Positions 8,263 through 18,495 are shown, counted from the first letter of the stretch. The stretch: 64,000 nt of DNA from Desulfosudaceae bacterium (GCA_963674745.2 CAXXDV010000003.1:2144001-2208000); one strand, 5' to 3'. Notes: generated by a model from the sequence alone, not told the origin. Made by a program: numbers and translations.

Positions 8263-10644
8263 ATGAAAAAAATTCTTGCGGTTAATGTTGATGCCTTTAA
8301 CCTGAACATCATTTCAAACATGTTAACCGAATATACTGCTGATTTTGAGGTTCTTACCACAAATAAAATCAAAGAAATTGATGACATAATCCGGAAACTC
8401 GCGACGGACGTTTTAATTGTCGATCTGGACGACCCCAGCCCGGCGGATTTGAAAACGCTGGCCGGGATTTCCAAAGCCTATCCCAGGCTGCCGCTTATCA
8501 TCATGACGGCGTTTGAGACCGGTGAAATTGAATCCGGGGTTAAAGCCATCGGCACAGCCCAATATTTTGAAAAACCGGTTGACACCAAAGAAATTGTCGA
8601 ACTGGTCTGGGAAAAAATTGAACGCAATGTGGGTGGCGAGGTGCATGGCATCAGTCTGACTTCTTTTCTCCAGATGTCCGAAATGGAGAAGACCTCCTGC
8701 ACACTGAAGGTAAAAGCCGGAAAAAATGAAGGGGCGCTTTACATGCAAAAAGGGGCCCTGATTTCCGCTGAAACGGGCAAACTGCAGAACGAAGAAGCGG
8801 TATTAGAAATCCTTTCCTGGGACAACCCGGGCATTGAAATTGATGATTCACCGGTTAACCGTAGAAAAGAAATCCAGGCGCCACTGATATCTCTTCTAAT
8901 GGAGAGCGTTAAACGAAAAGACGAAAAGAAAACACCCGCTTCCAAAAAAGCCGCGGCACCAAAGAAAAAACTGGGAAAACAGGCACCTGATGCCCTTGCA
9001 GCTGAAACGCCCGCTAAAGCAGCGAAAAAGAAGGCTGATGCGGCGCAGGGCACCCCTCCGCCTGAAGCTGAAGAACCCCAGTCTCTGGCCAAAATAACAG
9101 ATGCCAGCAAGGCATTAAAGCGTAAACAACTTTTCAAACAGGCGACTATCGTTGCGATGGTCGTCCTGGTTCTTGTCATAGCCGCCTGCGTGTGGCAATT
9201 TATATTCAGCCCCTGGCAGGCGGAAAAAAGATTCAGCCAGGTTGTAGGCGACGTTACCGCCGCTCAATCATTTAAGAAAAAAATCGACCTGCTTGACGCG
9301 TTTCTCGCATCCAACCCGAAAAGAGATTATGTCCTTAAGGCTAAGCAACTCAAACAAAACTATGCCGGTCAAATGGAAGTCGAAGAGTATGAGCGCATAA
9401 CACGAGAAATCAATGCGCTTCCCATTAACGACAATTTTGAGGAAACGGCCCGAAAAAAATATTTAACTTTTCTCAAACAATATCCAGGTACCGATTTAAA
9501 GGATGAAATCAATAAACGTATCGAGACCATTCCGTTTATGATGGATGATGCCGAATATGCCAGGTTAAAAGAAATTCCTCGGAATCATTACAGTCAGCGC
9601 CTGATGGCTTATCAGGCTTATCTGACGAGACATCCGGAAAGCGTAAATGCGGATAGTGTCAAAGAGATGAAGGATAGCCTGGGAGAGGCGTTCTACAACC
9701 ACATCAGAATGCAGAAAACCTGTTGTGACGAGGAGCAGTCGTGGTTGAAATGTATCAAGCTCTGCGACTATTTTCTCAACAACTTTGAGCAGCACGTGAG
9801 AACCAAGCAGGTCTCCATGCTGTTAAGTGAAATGAAAAGCCGGAACTCATACATTAAAATCTCGGAAGAGATCGAAAAAGCGGGGCCAATGTCAAAAACG
9901 GCGGAAAAACTGTTTGAGAAATTTCTTGATGACTATCCGGCCTCACCGCTGAGGGATACTGTGGAAAGCCAGCTGGCGCAAATCAGAAAAAGCGTAAACC
10001 AGGAAAAGACATGGCAGGAACTGATTAATTACGTCAAAAATGATCAGAACAGTATTTTTGACCGGGTAGACCGTATGGCCGATTATTTAAAGCATCAACC
10101 GCCGGATAGCCACAAAGAGGATGCTGAAAACATCCACACCTGGTTGTTGAGGGAAAAAGACAGAACACAGTGGCAGATGAATCAGCAGGCCCAGGCCCAA
10201 AAACAGAAACAACAGCAAAAAGTCTATATCGCACAGGAACAAGAACGCGTCTCCCGTCAAATTCAAAACTCAGAGGGACGGTATAAAATCAAAAAAAGAG
10301 ATACTGTTTACGACCGGCGGACCGGATTGACCTGGTGTATGCTGGACTCCTATATTTTGTCAAACAAGTGCATGGATTACAATACCGCAAAACAGTATGT
10401 CAAAAATCTGGATATCGGTGGATATAATGACTGGCGCCTGCCTGATCCAAATGAATTGCTGTTTTTATTTAACAGCAAACCGGCTTTCCCCATGAGTGAC
10501 GCCGCATGGTACTGGACATCGGAGGCCTTTCACGCCGCCTGGTCAGAAAAAGTAAACACGGTCGTGCGGTCTGGTTCGGGCACATGGGAAAAAGTCGAAA
10601 AAAACATGGAACAATGCGGTGCCGTAAAAGCGGTGAGGCCATAA
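8263..10644 (+). CDS. receiver + DUF4388-like + TM + helical repeats + DUF1566 protein
   Basis: Receiver motifs LIVDLDDP, IIMTAF, FEKP; GISLTSFLQM...EILSW segment; Lys/Ala linker; one TM; C-terminal DRRTGLTW...DWRLP...YWTS...AVR. Confidence 0.75.
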   Translation: MKKILAVNVDAFNLNIISNMLTEYTADFEVLTTNKIKEIDDIIRKLATDVLIVDLDDPSPADLKTLAGISKAYPRLPLIIMTAFETGEIESGVKAIGTAQYFEKPVDTKEIVELVWEKIERNVGGEVHGISLTSFLQMSEMEKTSCTLKVKAGKNEGALYMQKGALISAETGKLQNEEAVLEILSWDNPGIEIDDSPVNRRKEIQAPLISLLMESVKRKDEKKTPASKKAAAPKKKLGKQAPDALAAETPAKAAKKKADAAQGTPPPEAEEPQSLAKITDASKALKRKQLFKQATIVAMVVLVLVIAACVWQFIFSPWQAEKRFSQVVGDVTAAQSFKKKIDLLDAFLASNPKRDYVLKAKQLKQNYAGQMEVEEYERITREINALPINDNFEETARKKYLTFLKQYPGTDLKDEINKRIETIPFMMDDAEYARLKEIPRNHYSQRLMAYQAYLTRHPESVNADSVKEMKDSLGEAFYNHIRMQKTCCDEEQSWLKCIKLCDYFLNNFEQHVRTKQVSMLLSEMKSRNSYIKISEEIEKAGPMSKTAEKLFEKFLDDYPASPLRDTVESQLAQIRKSVNQEKTWQELINYVKNDQNSIFDRVDRMADYLKHQPPDSHKEDAENIHTWLLREKDRTQWQMNQQAQAQKQKQQQKVYIAQEQERVSRQIQNSEGRYKIKKRDTVYDRRTGLTWCMLDSYILSNKCMDYNTAKQYVKNLDIGGYNDWRLPDPNELLFLFNSKPAFPMSDAAWYWTSEAFHAAWSEKVNTVVRSGSGTWEKVEKNMEQCGAVKAVRP

Positions 10645-10700
10645 GCCTTCGGTCAGAATGGTTTTCATCTGCCCCAAACAGCGTCTGAAAAAAACACTAA

Positions 10701-11930
10701 ATGCCCGTTTATGAATACACAGCAATAAATGCCGGAGGTAAAACCGTTACCGGCATTATCGACGCTGATAACAGTTTCGATGCCAGGGAAAAATTGCGTG
10801 CCGGCAATATATTTCCGTCATCCATAACAGAAGCATATGATAGTCGCCAGGCCCTTAAAAAACGGCGGTGGTTCCTTGATGTCCGGCTTTTTTCCGGAAT
10901 CAAATCCAGAGACTTGACCTCCATAACCCGCCAGCTGGCCACGCTGGTAGGTGCCGGTTTCCCCCTGGTCTCAGCTATTTATGCGCTTATTCCTCAGACG
11001 ACTTCAGTGGGGCTGAAGAAAATCCTGTCCCGGGTCAAGGACGCCATAGAAGAAGGCAATAGCTTTGCCGTGGCCCTGGCTGAATTTCCGGATATTTTTC
11101 CGCCACTGTATGTCAACATGGTAAGAGCCGGTGAAGCATCAGGTACACTGGACATCGTTCTGGAACGCCTGGCCGAGATCAATGAAAACCGGCAGATTCA
11201 AAAAAACAGAATTATTTCCATTCTGGCCTACCCGGCTGTTATGACAGTACTGGCCTGCGGGATCCTGACTTTTCTGTTGGCCTCTATTGTCCCCCAGTTC
11301 ATCTCCATTTTTTCAGACATGAAGCAGGCGTTACCTCTGCCGACACGGATTATCAAGATCATCAGTGATATACTGGGATCATACTGGTGGATCGCGTTAA
11401 TACTGTTAGTGGGCGGTTATTTCGTATTCAGGCACTTTAAAAAGACAACCCGCGGCAGATATTGGATCGATAATACCATCCTGCGATTGCCCGGCATCAA
11501 CATCCTGGCGACAAAAAGCGCCATTGCCCGGTTTTCGCGCACACTGGGGTCCCTTCTGGAGAACGGCATTCCCATGCTGACCGCTCTTGATATTGTCAAA
11601 AATATTGTCGGCAATGTACTGATATCCGAAGCGGTGCAAACCGCCTCCCAAAAAGTTGAAAAAGGCATGGGGCTGGGCGTAAGCCTGGAAGAAGCCGACG
11701 TGTTTCCGCCGCTATCCATTCAGATGATCAAGGTGGGTGAACAGAGTGGTGAACTTGAAAAAATGCTCTTGAAAACGGCCGATGTATTTGAAAATGAGGT
11801 TGAATCAACGCTGATCAGCCTGACCGCGATTCTTCAGCCGCTGCTGGTCGTGTTCATGGGGCTCATTATTCTGTTTATTGTTCTGGCCATTATCCAGCCG
11901 ATCTTTCAAATGAACCAGTTGATCGGCTGA
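10701..11930 (+). CDS. gspF: type II secretion inner-membrane platform protein F
   Basis: MPVYEYTA start, TRQLATLV, AGEASGTLD, VGEQSGEL; GspF/PilC fold next to the gsp operon. Confidence 0.92.
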   Translation: MPVYEYTAINAGGKTVTGIIDADNSFDAREKLRAGNIFPSSITEAYDSRQALKKRRWFLDVRLFSGIKSRDLTSITRQLATLVGAGFPLVSAIYALIPQTTSVGLKKILSRVKDAIEEGNSFAVALAEFPDIFPPLYVNMVRAGEASGTLDIVLERLAEINENRQIQKNRIISILAYPAVMTVLACGILTFLLASIVPQFISIFSDMKQALPLPTRIIKIISDILGSYWWIALILLVGGYFVFRHFKKTTRGRYWIDNTILRLPGINILATKSAIARFSRTLGSLLENGIPMLTALDIVKNIVGNVLISEAVQTASQKVEKGMGLGVSLEEADVFPPLSIQMIKVGEQSGELEKMLLKTADVFENEVESTLISLTAILQPLLVVFMGLIILFIVLAIIQPIFQMNQLIG

Positions 11931-11948
11931 TTGCCCGCCTGGAGATGG

Positions 11949-12938
11949 TCAGAAAGGCACCCGAAAGCGGACAGCAATGCCATCACGGCCGGTCGCGGGC
12001 AACGCCTCCACCCGGATTTCTTTTAAATTATTCAAAAAGTTCATGGCATTTGCCCGATTATACTTGTGGGCCGCCGAGACCGAGCCGTAAACACTTCCGG
12101 CATAAAACCCGAGACCCGTTATTCCGATCAAACTACCCAGCGCCTCGAGATCGGCGTCAACGGCCTCATAGGCCGCATACGCCATGGCGGAATTAAATAG
12201 AAAACTCATCAAGGCATCATGATATCTGCCGCAATACACGTAACCGGCACCGGGAAACACGGCCAGGATACCGGCCATGGTGGGATTCTTTTGGGATAAC
12301 AGCGGCCCCTGCTCATCTTCCTTCACCGCCCGCAGCCTTTCCGTCAACACCCCCACCTTGTAAAAAGCACTGTTTTTATCGCTGATCCTGGCAAAAAAGG
12401 CATCGGCACGGTCGATCCCCCCGGCATCCACCAGGGGATCGGATGCGAGATATATCCACCCGAGCTGATAATATGCCCTGTCCCGCACATCAATATCATC
12501 TACATTCGAAATCAAATTGTTTAAAACCGCCACTGCCGCTTCCTGCCTGCCCAGCGCCAGACAGCATCGACTGATCATGAAACGCGCTTCAATGCCATAT
12601 GGGCTGTCAATACCCAGCCCGGCAATGGTCTCAAAATGAGTTAACGCTTTTTCATGGTTCCGGTTTAAAAAATATGACAGTGCGATCCGGAATTCGGCAT
12701 AGTCCACCTCGGGATGATCCGGGAAGAAACAGGAAAATCGGCGGTATTCGGAAATGGCATCAGCATATTCGGCCCGGCTGAAAAGCCCGTCGGCCAGGCC
12801 CAGCTGTTTCTCTGCGGAAATAATTAGTGTAGAACCGGTGGCCGGAAACACGACCAGGCAGAACGACATGGAAATCAGTGCAATTGTCGCCCTTATTCCC
12901 AAAAATCGACCCGTCTTACCTTTCCCACCAGAAATCAT
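11949..12938 (-). CDS. exported TPR (BamD/YfiO-like) protein with a C-terminal hydrophobic domain
   Basis: Signal-like N-terminus; TPR helices (AISEY..F...FP, AYYQLGWIY); KNPTMAGILAVFPGAGYVY; start codon uncertain. Confidence 0.7.
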   Translation of the reverse strand: MISGGKGKTGRFLGIRATIALISMSFCLVVFPATGSTLIISAEKQLGLADGLFSRAEYADAISEYRRFSCFFPDHPEVDYAEFRIALSYFLNRNHEKALTHFETIAGLGIDSPYGIEARFMISRCCLALGRQEAAVAVLNNLISNVDDIDVRDRAYYQLGWIYLASDPLVDAGGIDRADAFFARISDKNSAFYKVGVLTERLRAVKEDEQGPLLSQKNPTMAGILAVFPGAGYVYCGRYHDALMSFLFNSAMAYAAYEAVDADLEALGSLIGITGLGFYAGSVYGSVSAAHKYNRANAMNFLNNLKEIRVEALPATGRDGIAVRFRVPF

Positions 12939-13335
12939 TGTTTTCCACTGAATCATAACACCGCTGCCTGCCATTAACCATGATCCGGGGGGCTGACGTC
13001 ATCTCATCTCTTCCGCAGCGCAAAAGCCGGTCGCAGGTCATGATCCAACCCATCAAAAGGCCATGCTTATTGAAGGCATCCAGGCTATATTGCGAACAGG
13101 ACGGATACATGGGGCATCTGTCACCATCAATGGGAGAGATATGCTTTTTAAACAACTCAACTGTTGCGGGCATTAATGCCGTGTCGTTTGTTTTAGTAGC
13201 GCCGACATGAGCGGTGCCCCCCTGCTCCGGACGATCTTGCTCCTGGCCGACAACCGGAAAAGATATCAGCAAGATAGCCAGGACAATAAAAAAAACCCTC
13301 CCCGACTTGTGCCGCCTGTATATGATCCGGCTCAT
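12916..13335 (-). CDS. yidD: YidD-like (membrane protein insertion efficiency factor) protein with a signal-like N-terminus
   Basis: ISPIDGDRCPMYPSCSQY...HG...DRLLRC with the three conserved Cys. Confidence 0.75.
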   Translation of the reverse strand: MSRIIYRRHKSGRVFFIVLAILLISFPVVGQEQDRPEQGGTAHVGATKTNDTALMPATVELFKKHISPIDGDRCPMYPSCSQYSLDAFNKHGLLMGWIMTCDRLLRCGRDEMTSAPRIMVNGRQRCYDSVENNDFWWER

Positions 13336-13365
13336 CTTCTATACACCCATAAAAAAATAATTTTC

Positions 13366-13549
13366 TGATGGCTTCGTAAACAGTTCAAGCCCCGTCTTAA
13401 AATTGGGGGCGCGCAAATCCTGAGGAATGCAGCGTACTTAGTCGTACGTGAAATTCCGAAGGATGCAGCGCAACGCAGTCGGCCGCCTGGCCCCCGGCCG
13501 CCTGGCCGCCGGCCGCCTGGCCGCATTTGGACTTTTTACGAAGCCATCA
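13366..13549. mobile_element. 184 bp MITE-like element with 23 bp terminal inverted repeats
   Basis: Left end TGATGGCTTCGTAAACAGTTCAA; right end (reverse complement) TGATGGCTTCGTAAAAAGTCCAA, 21/23 identical; no credible ORF inside. Confidence 0.7.
13480..13524. repeat. 3 x 15 bp GC-rich tandem repeat inside the MITE-like element
   Basis: CGGCCGCCTGGCC(C/G)C three times. Confidence 0.9.
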
Positions 13550-15259
13550 CCTCTGGGTAACCCGTAAGACTTCGGCAATGCTGGTCACACCTTCCAGAAC
13601 TTTCCGGATACCGCTTTCCCGCAACGTTTTCATGCCGCGCCGCGCCGCCTCCGCCTCGATGCGACCGGAATCGTGCGTGGTTAAAATCAATTTTTTAATC
13701 GATTCATCCAGCACCATGATTTCAAATATGGGCACCCGGCCGCTATATCCGGTATTCAGGCATTTCGAACATCCTTTTTTTCGATAAATGATAACATCCT
13801 TAAACATCTCGGGGTCCCCGCCGATACTCCTGATAGCCTGCTCATCGGGTATATATTTCTCTTTACAGTTCGGGCAAAGGACGCGGACCAGACGCTGGGC
13901 CATAACCGCTATCACGGACGAGGAAATCAGAAACGGTTCTACGCCAATGTCCACCAGCCGCGTAATGGCACTGGCCGAATCGTTGGTATGCAGCGTGGAA
14001 AAAACCAGGTGCCCGGTCAGCGCTGACTGCACTGCAATTTCTGATGTCTCTTTATCCCTTATTTCACCGACCAGAATGACATCCGGATCCTGCCGGACGA
14101 TCGAACGGAGCCCACGCGCAAAAGTCAACCCGATCTTCTGATTCACCTGGATCTGATTGATACCGCTGATCTGATATTCAACCGGGTCTTCAATCGTAAT
14201 GATGTTGATATCCTGGGTATTGATGGAAGATAAAGCCGCGTAAAGGGTTGTTGTTTTTCCGCTTCCGGTAGGCCCGGTAACAAGAATGATACCATTGGCA
14301 TAACGGATCAGCCGGTACATCAGTTCATAGTCCTGCTCCGGCAAACCGATCTCCTGTAATCTGAGCAGGGTTCCCGATTTGTTCAACAATCTCAAGACCA
14401 GACGTTCTCCGGATGTAATCGGTATGGATGATACCCGGATGTCGATTTCCTGGTTGCCTGTTCTCACCTGCAGGCGGCCGTCCTGGGGAAGTCGTTTTTC
14501 CGCGATATTCATATCGGCCATGACTTTTATGCGTGATACCAGGGCCGGTTGAATTCTTTTCGGCGGGGTGAGAAAATCGTATAAAATACCGTCCACACGA
14601 AAACGGATTTTAAAACTGTCCTGGTAGGCTTCAAGATGAATATCACTCGCCTGGGCCTTAACCGCTTCGGCAACAATATGATTGACCAGCCGGATGATCG
14701 GTGCGGAACTGGCATCATCCATCAGATCGGCGGTACGATCGATTTCATCAATAATATCCCCGGCGCCTTCCATGTCCCGGACCAGGTCTTCGGCCGCCGC
14801 GCCGCCCTTATCATACAAATGGGTGATAGCGGCACGGATATCATCCCGTGTGGCCAGTATCAGGGAGAACTGTTTGACACCGAGAATGCGGACAAAATCG
14901 TCAATTGCCTCAAGATTTGCCGGATCATTAATGGCGATCAGGCATTCGTCATCAGCGGCACGATCCCTGGGAGAGCGCCTGACGGGAACCAGAAAATATC
15001 GTCTTAGAAACTGGGCCGGAATCGTTTCCACAATCCCGTTAAAATCTTCAGGCGCCGGCGATTCTTCAGGAAACGGAATGCCGTAAAGCACGCTTCTGGC
15101 CTCGAGCAGCTGGTTTTCATTGATGATTTTTCTTTTAATCAACTGGTCGGCAATATCCGGGCGCTCATCTTCAACCAGCCGGTCAATCTTGTCCAGCTGC
15201 TGCTGGGAAAGTGCCGTCCGTTCCTTGATAATCTGTAGTAAGCGTTTACTCATCAGCAT
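13547..15259 (-). CDS. gspE: type II secretion ATPase E
   Basis: GPTGSGKTTT, TIEDPVE, RQDPDVILVGEIRD, TGHLVFSTLH, CxxC...CxxC. Confidence 0.97.
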   Translation of the reverse strand: MLMSKRLLQIIKERTALSQQQLDKIDRLVEDERPDIADQLIKRKIINENQLLEARSVLYGIPFPEESPAPEDFNGIVETIPAQFLRRYFLVPVRRSPRDRAADDECLIAINDPANLEAIDDFVRILGVKQFSLILATRDDIRAAITHLYDKGGAAAEDLVRDMEGAGDIIDEIDRTADLMDDASSAPIIRLVNHIVAEAVKAQASDIHLEAYQDSFKIRFRVDGILYDFLTPPKRIQPALVSRIKVMADMNIAEKRLPQDGRLQVRTGNQEIDIRVSSIPITSGERLVLRLLNKSGTLLRLQEIGLPEQDYELMYRLIRYANGIILVTGPTGSGKTTTLYAALSSINTQDINIITIEDPVEYQISGINQIQVNQKIGLTFARGLRSIVRQDPDVILVGEIRDKETSEIAVQSALTGHLVFSTLHTNDSASAITRLVDIGVEPFLISSSVIAVMAQRLVRVLCPNCKEKYIPDEQAIRSIGGDPEMFKDVIIYRKKGCSKCLNTGYSGRVPIFEIMVLDESIKKLILTTHDSGRIEAEAARRGMKTLRESGIRKVLEGVTSIAEVLRVTQR

Positions 15260-17577
15260 TAATCACTATTTTCGGCAGAAGCACCTTGTCCATGAACGCC
15301 TTCAGTGGGCGCCTGATCGTGTCTCGTTCGCCTGATATCCGGACCGTCGGCAGAGATATCCCTTTCATCAATCACATCTCCTTTAAGAAGGACCCCTTTG
15401 ATCACGTTGTCATCTTCATCCTCGGGAATATTGTCTTCGGACATATCCTGCTCCACCGCCGCATCACGCCCCTCATCTGCCGCCAGGGGCTGTTCCGTAT
15501 CGGGCAGATCGGCGACATCACCGGAGGATTTGTTCCCCTCAATCGCCTGTTCTTCGGCCGGAAGTGCCTTCCGGGCCGGGAAAAGATCGAACCCGCCGCT
15601 TTTAACCGCGTCCAGTTCCGCCTCTTTATCCTGAAGCACGGCATCGGCTTCACTCATATTTTTGATCACGTGGGGTGTCAGAAAAACAAATAAATTGGTC
15701 CGATCACTGGAATCAGATATGCTTTTAAACAACCAGCCGAACAGGGGAATGTCGCCAAGGCACGGCACCCTGTAATCGATCTTTGTCAGGCTGTCGTCGA
15801 TCAATCCGCCGATAACAACTGTATGCCGATCATGGACAATGACATTGGTCTTGATTGTCCGTTTTAAGGTTGAAGGCCTGTCGGCAGCAAGTGTCGACAA
15901 TGAATCCAGCCGGGTCACTTCCTGGGAGATATCCAGGCGAATAAGCCTGTTTTCATTAATCTGCGGTTTTATGGTCAGCGTGATTCCGACATCATTATAC
16001 TCATAATTGCTATATGTTTCGGAAGCGTCGGTGGTTCCGATTCTCGTCAGATAGGGAATGTTTTTCCCGACGGTGATCGAAGCTTCGGTATTATCCGTGG
16101 TCATGATCTGCGGCGTGGACAAGATGTTGATATCCTTATCTTTTTTAAAGGCCTGGACAATGGCAGCCACATTCGGGAAGATCACACCGCCGATGGTAAT
16201 GGTTTCATAAAAAGCGCCGACGGAGAATCCGGCCGGCAGGGTCGCCACACCGGTACCGGAACCGGCCAGGCCATAGATATTCGAATAACCGGTGTCACTG
16301 CCACCACCAAAACCACCGGCATACACGCCATCATGGTCATCATAACTCGTTTCATTGCCGGCCATCCACTCTAAACCCAGGTTGAAGTTCTTGTTCACGT
16401 TGACTTCAACAATCAGGCACTCGATATAAACCATGGATCGGGGGATATCCAGCTTGTTGATGATTTCCTCCAGTACCAGGAAATCGTCTCTTTCAGCCAT
16501 GATAATCAAACTGTTGGTGGCACTGTCCGCCGTGATGCTGACATCCTGTGAAATAACCGGCGCCTTTCTGGCCCCAGGCGCCTTTTTATCCTCTCCCTTG
16601 GGCAGATTCGTCAACACTTCCGCCAGTTCTTGGGCATCGGCGTTTTTCAGATAAACCACATGGATACGCTCCTTACCAAGGGGTACTTTTTTATCCAGCA
16701 GGGAGATCAGTTTTTTGATCTGTTTGGTTTCGATCTCACTGGCCAGCAGAACAATGGAATTGGAACGGTCATCGGCCACCATGCGCACGCCGTCATCCGC
16801 GTTTTTTCGTCGCGGTTGCTGGTTTTTAAAAATATTTTCCAGAATCGGCACCACCTTGGTGGCATCGGAATATTCCAGCGGTTTTACCGAAACCTGCCGG
16901 CCGATTCCGGTTACATCAATGACCATGAGAATATCCACCAGACGTTTGATGTTGGAATGGTAATCGGTCACGATCAGCATGTTGGTCGAAGGATAGGACA
17001 GAATAATTCCCGCTTTGGAAACAAGCGGCACAAAAAGCTGTTTGACTTCGTTGGGATCCGCGTATTTCAGGGGGATTATCTGCGTTACGACTTTGTCTTC
17101 CTGTAATTTCGCGCCTTCATCGTTCAACAGACCGGTTTCAATACTTTTACTGCGAGCGTCCATGTCCTTGACGATCTTGGTAACCGCCCCGGACTTGACC
17201 GTGGTATAACCATGAACTTCCAGTACCGCCTCAAAAACCTGATAAGCTTCAGCCACGGAAATCTTGGATGGTGAGATAATCGTCACTTTCCCTTTCACAT
17301 TCTGATCCACAACAAAATTTCTGCCGGTAATCTCACTGATAAACTTAACGAAAACGGTAAGATCAACATCATTAAAATCAACCGACACAAGCCTGCCGTC
17401 ATCAAGCTCGACCGATGCCGGAACCGCCGTTCCCGGCTCTTGCTGTCGGACCTCTTCGGCCCGCACAGGGGCAGTTCCCGAAAAAAGTATACCCGTCAAC
17501 AGTGCCAAGGCACATGTTGCAATCATTACATATTGTCTCATTTTATCTGTCAACAAAATGACCTCCTGCGTTTTCAA
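15259..17577 (-). CDS. gspD: type II secretion secretin D
   Basis: N0 domain VDFNDVDL...GRNFVVD, N-domain repeats, secretin domain VPCLGDIPLFGWLF, LFVFLTPHV; acidic C-terminal tail. Confidence 0.96.
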   Translation of the reverse strand: MKTQEVILLTDKMRQYVMIATCALALLTGILFSGTAPVRAEEVRQQEPGTAVPASVELDDGRLVSVDFNDVDLTVFVKFISEITGRNFVVDQNVKGKVTIISPSKISVAEAYQVFEAVLEVHGYTTVKSGAVTKIVKDMDARSKSIETGLLNDEGAKLQEDKVVTQIIPLKYADPNEVKQLFVPLVSKAGIILSYPSTNMLIVTDYHSNIKRLVDILMVIDVTGIGRQVSVKPLEYSDATKVVPILENIFKNQQPRRKNADDGVRMVADDRSNSIVLLASEIETKQIKKLISLLDKKVPLGKERIHVVYLKNADAQELAEVLTNLPKGEDKKAPGARKAPVISQDVSITADSATNSLIIMAERDDFLVLEEIINKLDIPRSMVYIECLIVEVNVNKNFNLGLEWMAGNETSYDDHDGVYAGGFGGGSDTGYSNIYGLAGSGTGVATLPAGFSVGAFYETITIGGVIFPNVAAIVQAFKKDKDINILSTPQIMTTDNTEASITVGKNIPYLTRIGTTDASETYSNYEYNDVGITLTIKPQINENRLIRLDISQEVTRLDSLSTLAADRPSTLKRTIKTNVIVHDRHTVVIGGLIDDSLTKIDYRVPCLGDIPLFGWLFKSISDSSDRTNLFVFLTPHVIKNMSEADAVLQDKEAELDAVKSGGFDLFPARKALPAEEQAIEGNKSSGDVADLPDTEQPLAADEGRDAAVEQDMSEDNIPEDEDDNVIKGVLLKGDVIDERDISADGPDIRRTRHDQAPTEGVHGQGASAENSD

Positions 17578-17616
17578 CCGGCCTTACCGAATCGAAACAA
17601 AATTATTCGTCAATCA

Positions 17617-18495
17617 TCAGCGAATGTTATATTGAATAAAACGGCTCTGCTCCCCTCTTTTGACCTCAAGCATCAGTTCAGAAGCAGAACTTAAATTACG
17701 GTAAACTTCCATACAATCGTCAACTGAATTAATCCGCTTGCTGTTGACACCGACGATTACATCCCTGTTTTCAAGTCCCATCTCTCTGAAAATCGATCCC
17801 GATGTCACATTATCCAGACGCAACCCGTCAGGCTTGCCGCCTGAAAAATGGGGCCGGACACGCACGGTCCGCATCAACTCATTAACGTTATTAAATGCGC
17901 TCTCCACGTCAGCCCGGTTTAGGTCTATATGGGTTACATCACCGTCCACGTCTTGCCTGGAAGGACTGTCCCTGTCGTCGCCGCGCTTACTGTCGGCGGT
18001 ATTCGTCATGGCGTGCAACCGTTCTTCGGGTATTTCCAGAACTTCATCCCGGCCGTCAATCGTTAAAACCACCTTTTTCCTCAATATCAGTTTGATCCGG
18101 GCCTGCTCGATTGAATCTCCGACCTTGTAAAGCGCCTGGTTGCGGCGCCGGGTCTGTTCGATAACCGCGTATGAATCTTTCCCGAGACCGGAAATCGTGC
18201 CCAGCAGCCGTAAATCAAGATCCGTCTTTTTAAGTTTTTCAAGATCAACCGAAAGGGGTTGTGCCGCCGTCTTTTCTTTGGCCTTGAAGATATTCCGCCC
18301 GGTAATGACAGCGTAATCCTGAAGCGGCCGACCTGCTTTTGCGCCTCGCGGAAGTTGCTGGCTGGCCTGGGAAAAATTCACCTCAAAGGCCGCATCCAGT
18401 TTACTGCCAATTACCTTATAAAAAAAATCCACTCCCAGGTAGACGGCAAGAGTCAACAGTACAATGTTTACTATACTGACTATTTTTCTGACCAT
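17617..18495 (-). CDS. gspC: type II secretion protein C (HR + PDZ)
   Basis: N-terminal TM, LRLLGT...AVIE, PDZ-like C-terminus; operon position. Confidence 0.88.
   Translation of the reverse strand: MVRKIVSIVNIVLLTLAVYLGVDFFYKVIGSKLDAAFEVNFSQASQQLPRGAKAGRPLQDYAVITGRNIFKAKEKTAAQPLSVDLEKLKKTDLDLRLLGTISGLGKDSYAVIEQTRRRNQALYKVGDSIEQARIKLILRKKVVLTIDGRDEVLEIPEERLHAMTNTADSKRGDDRDSPSRQDVDGDVTHIDLNRADVESAFNNVNELMRTVRVRPHFSGGKPDGLRLDNVTSGSIFREMGLENRDVIVGVNSKRINSVDDCMEVYRNLSSASELMLEVKRGEQSRFIQYNIR

Noticed and set aside
13332..13526. 64 aa Arg/Pro/Gly-rich ORF
   Set aside because: It is read from the MITE-like element and its 15 bp repeat.
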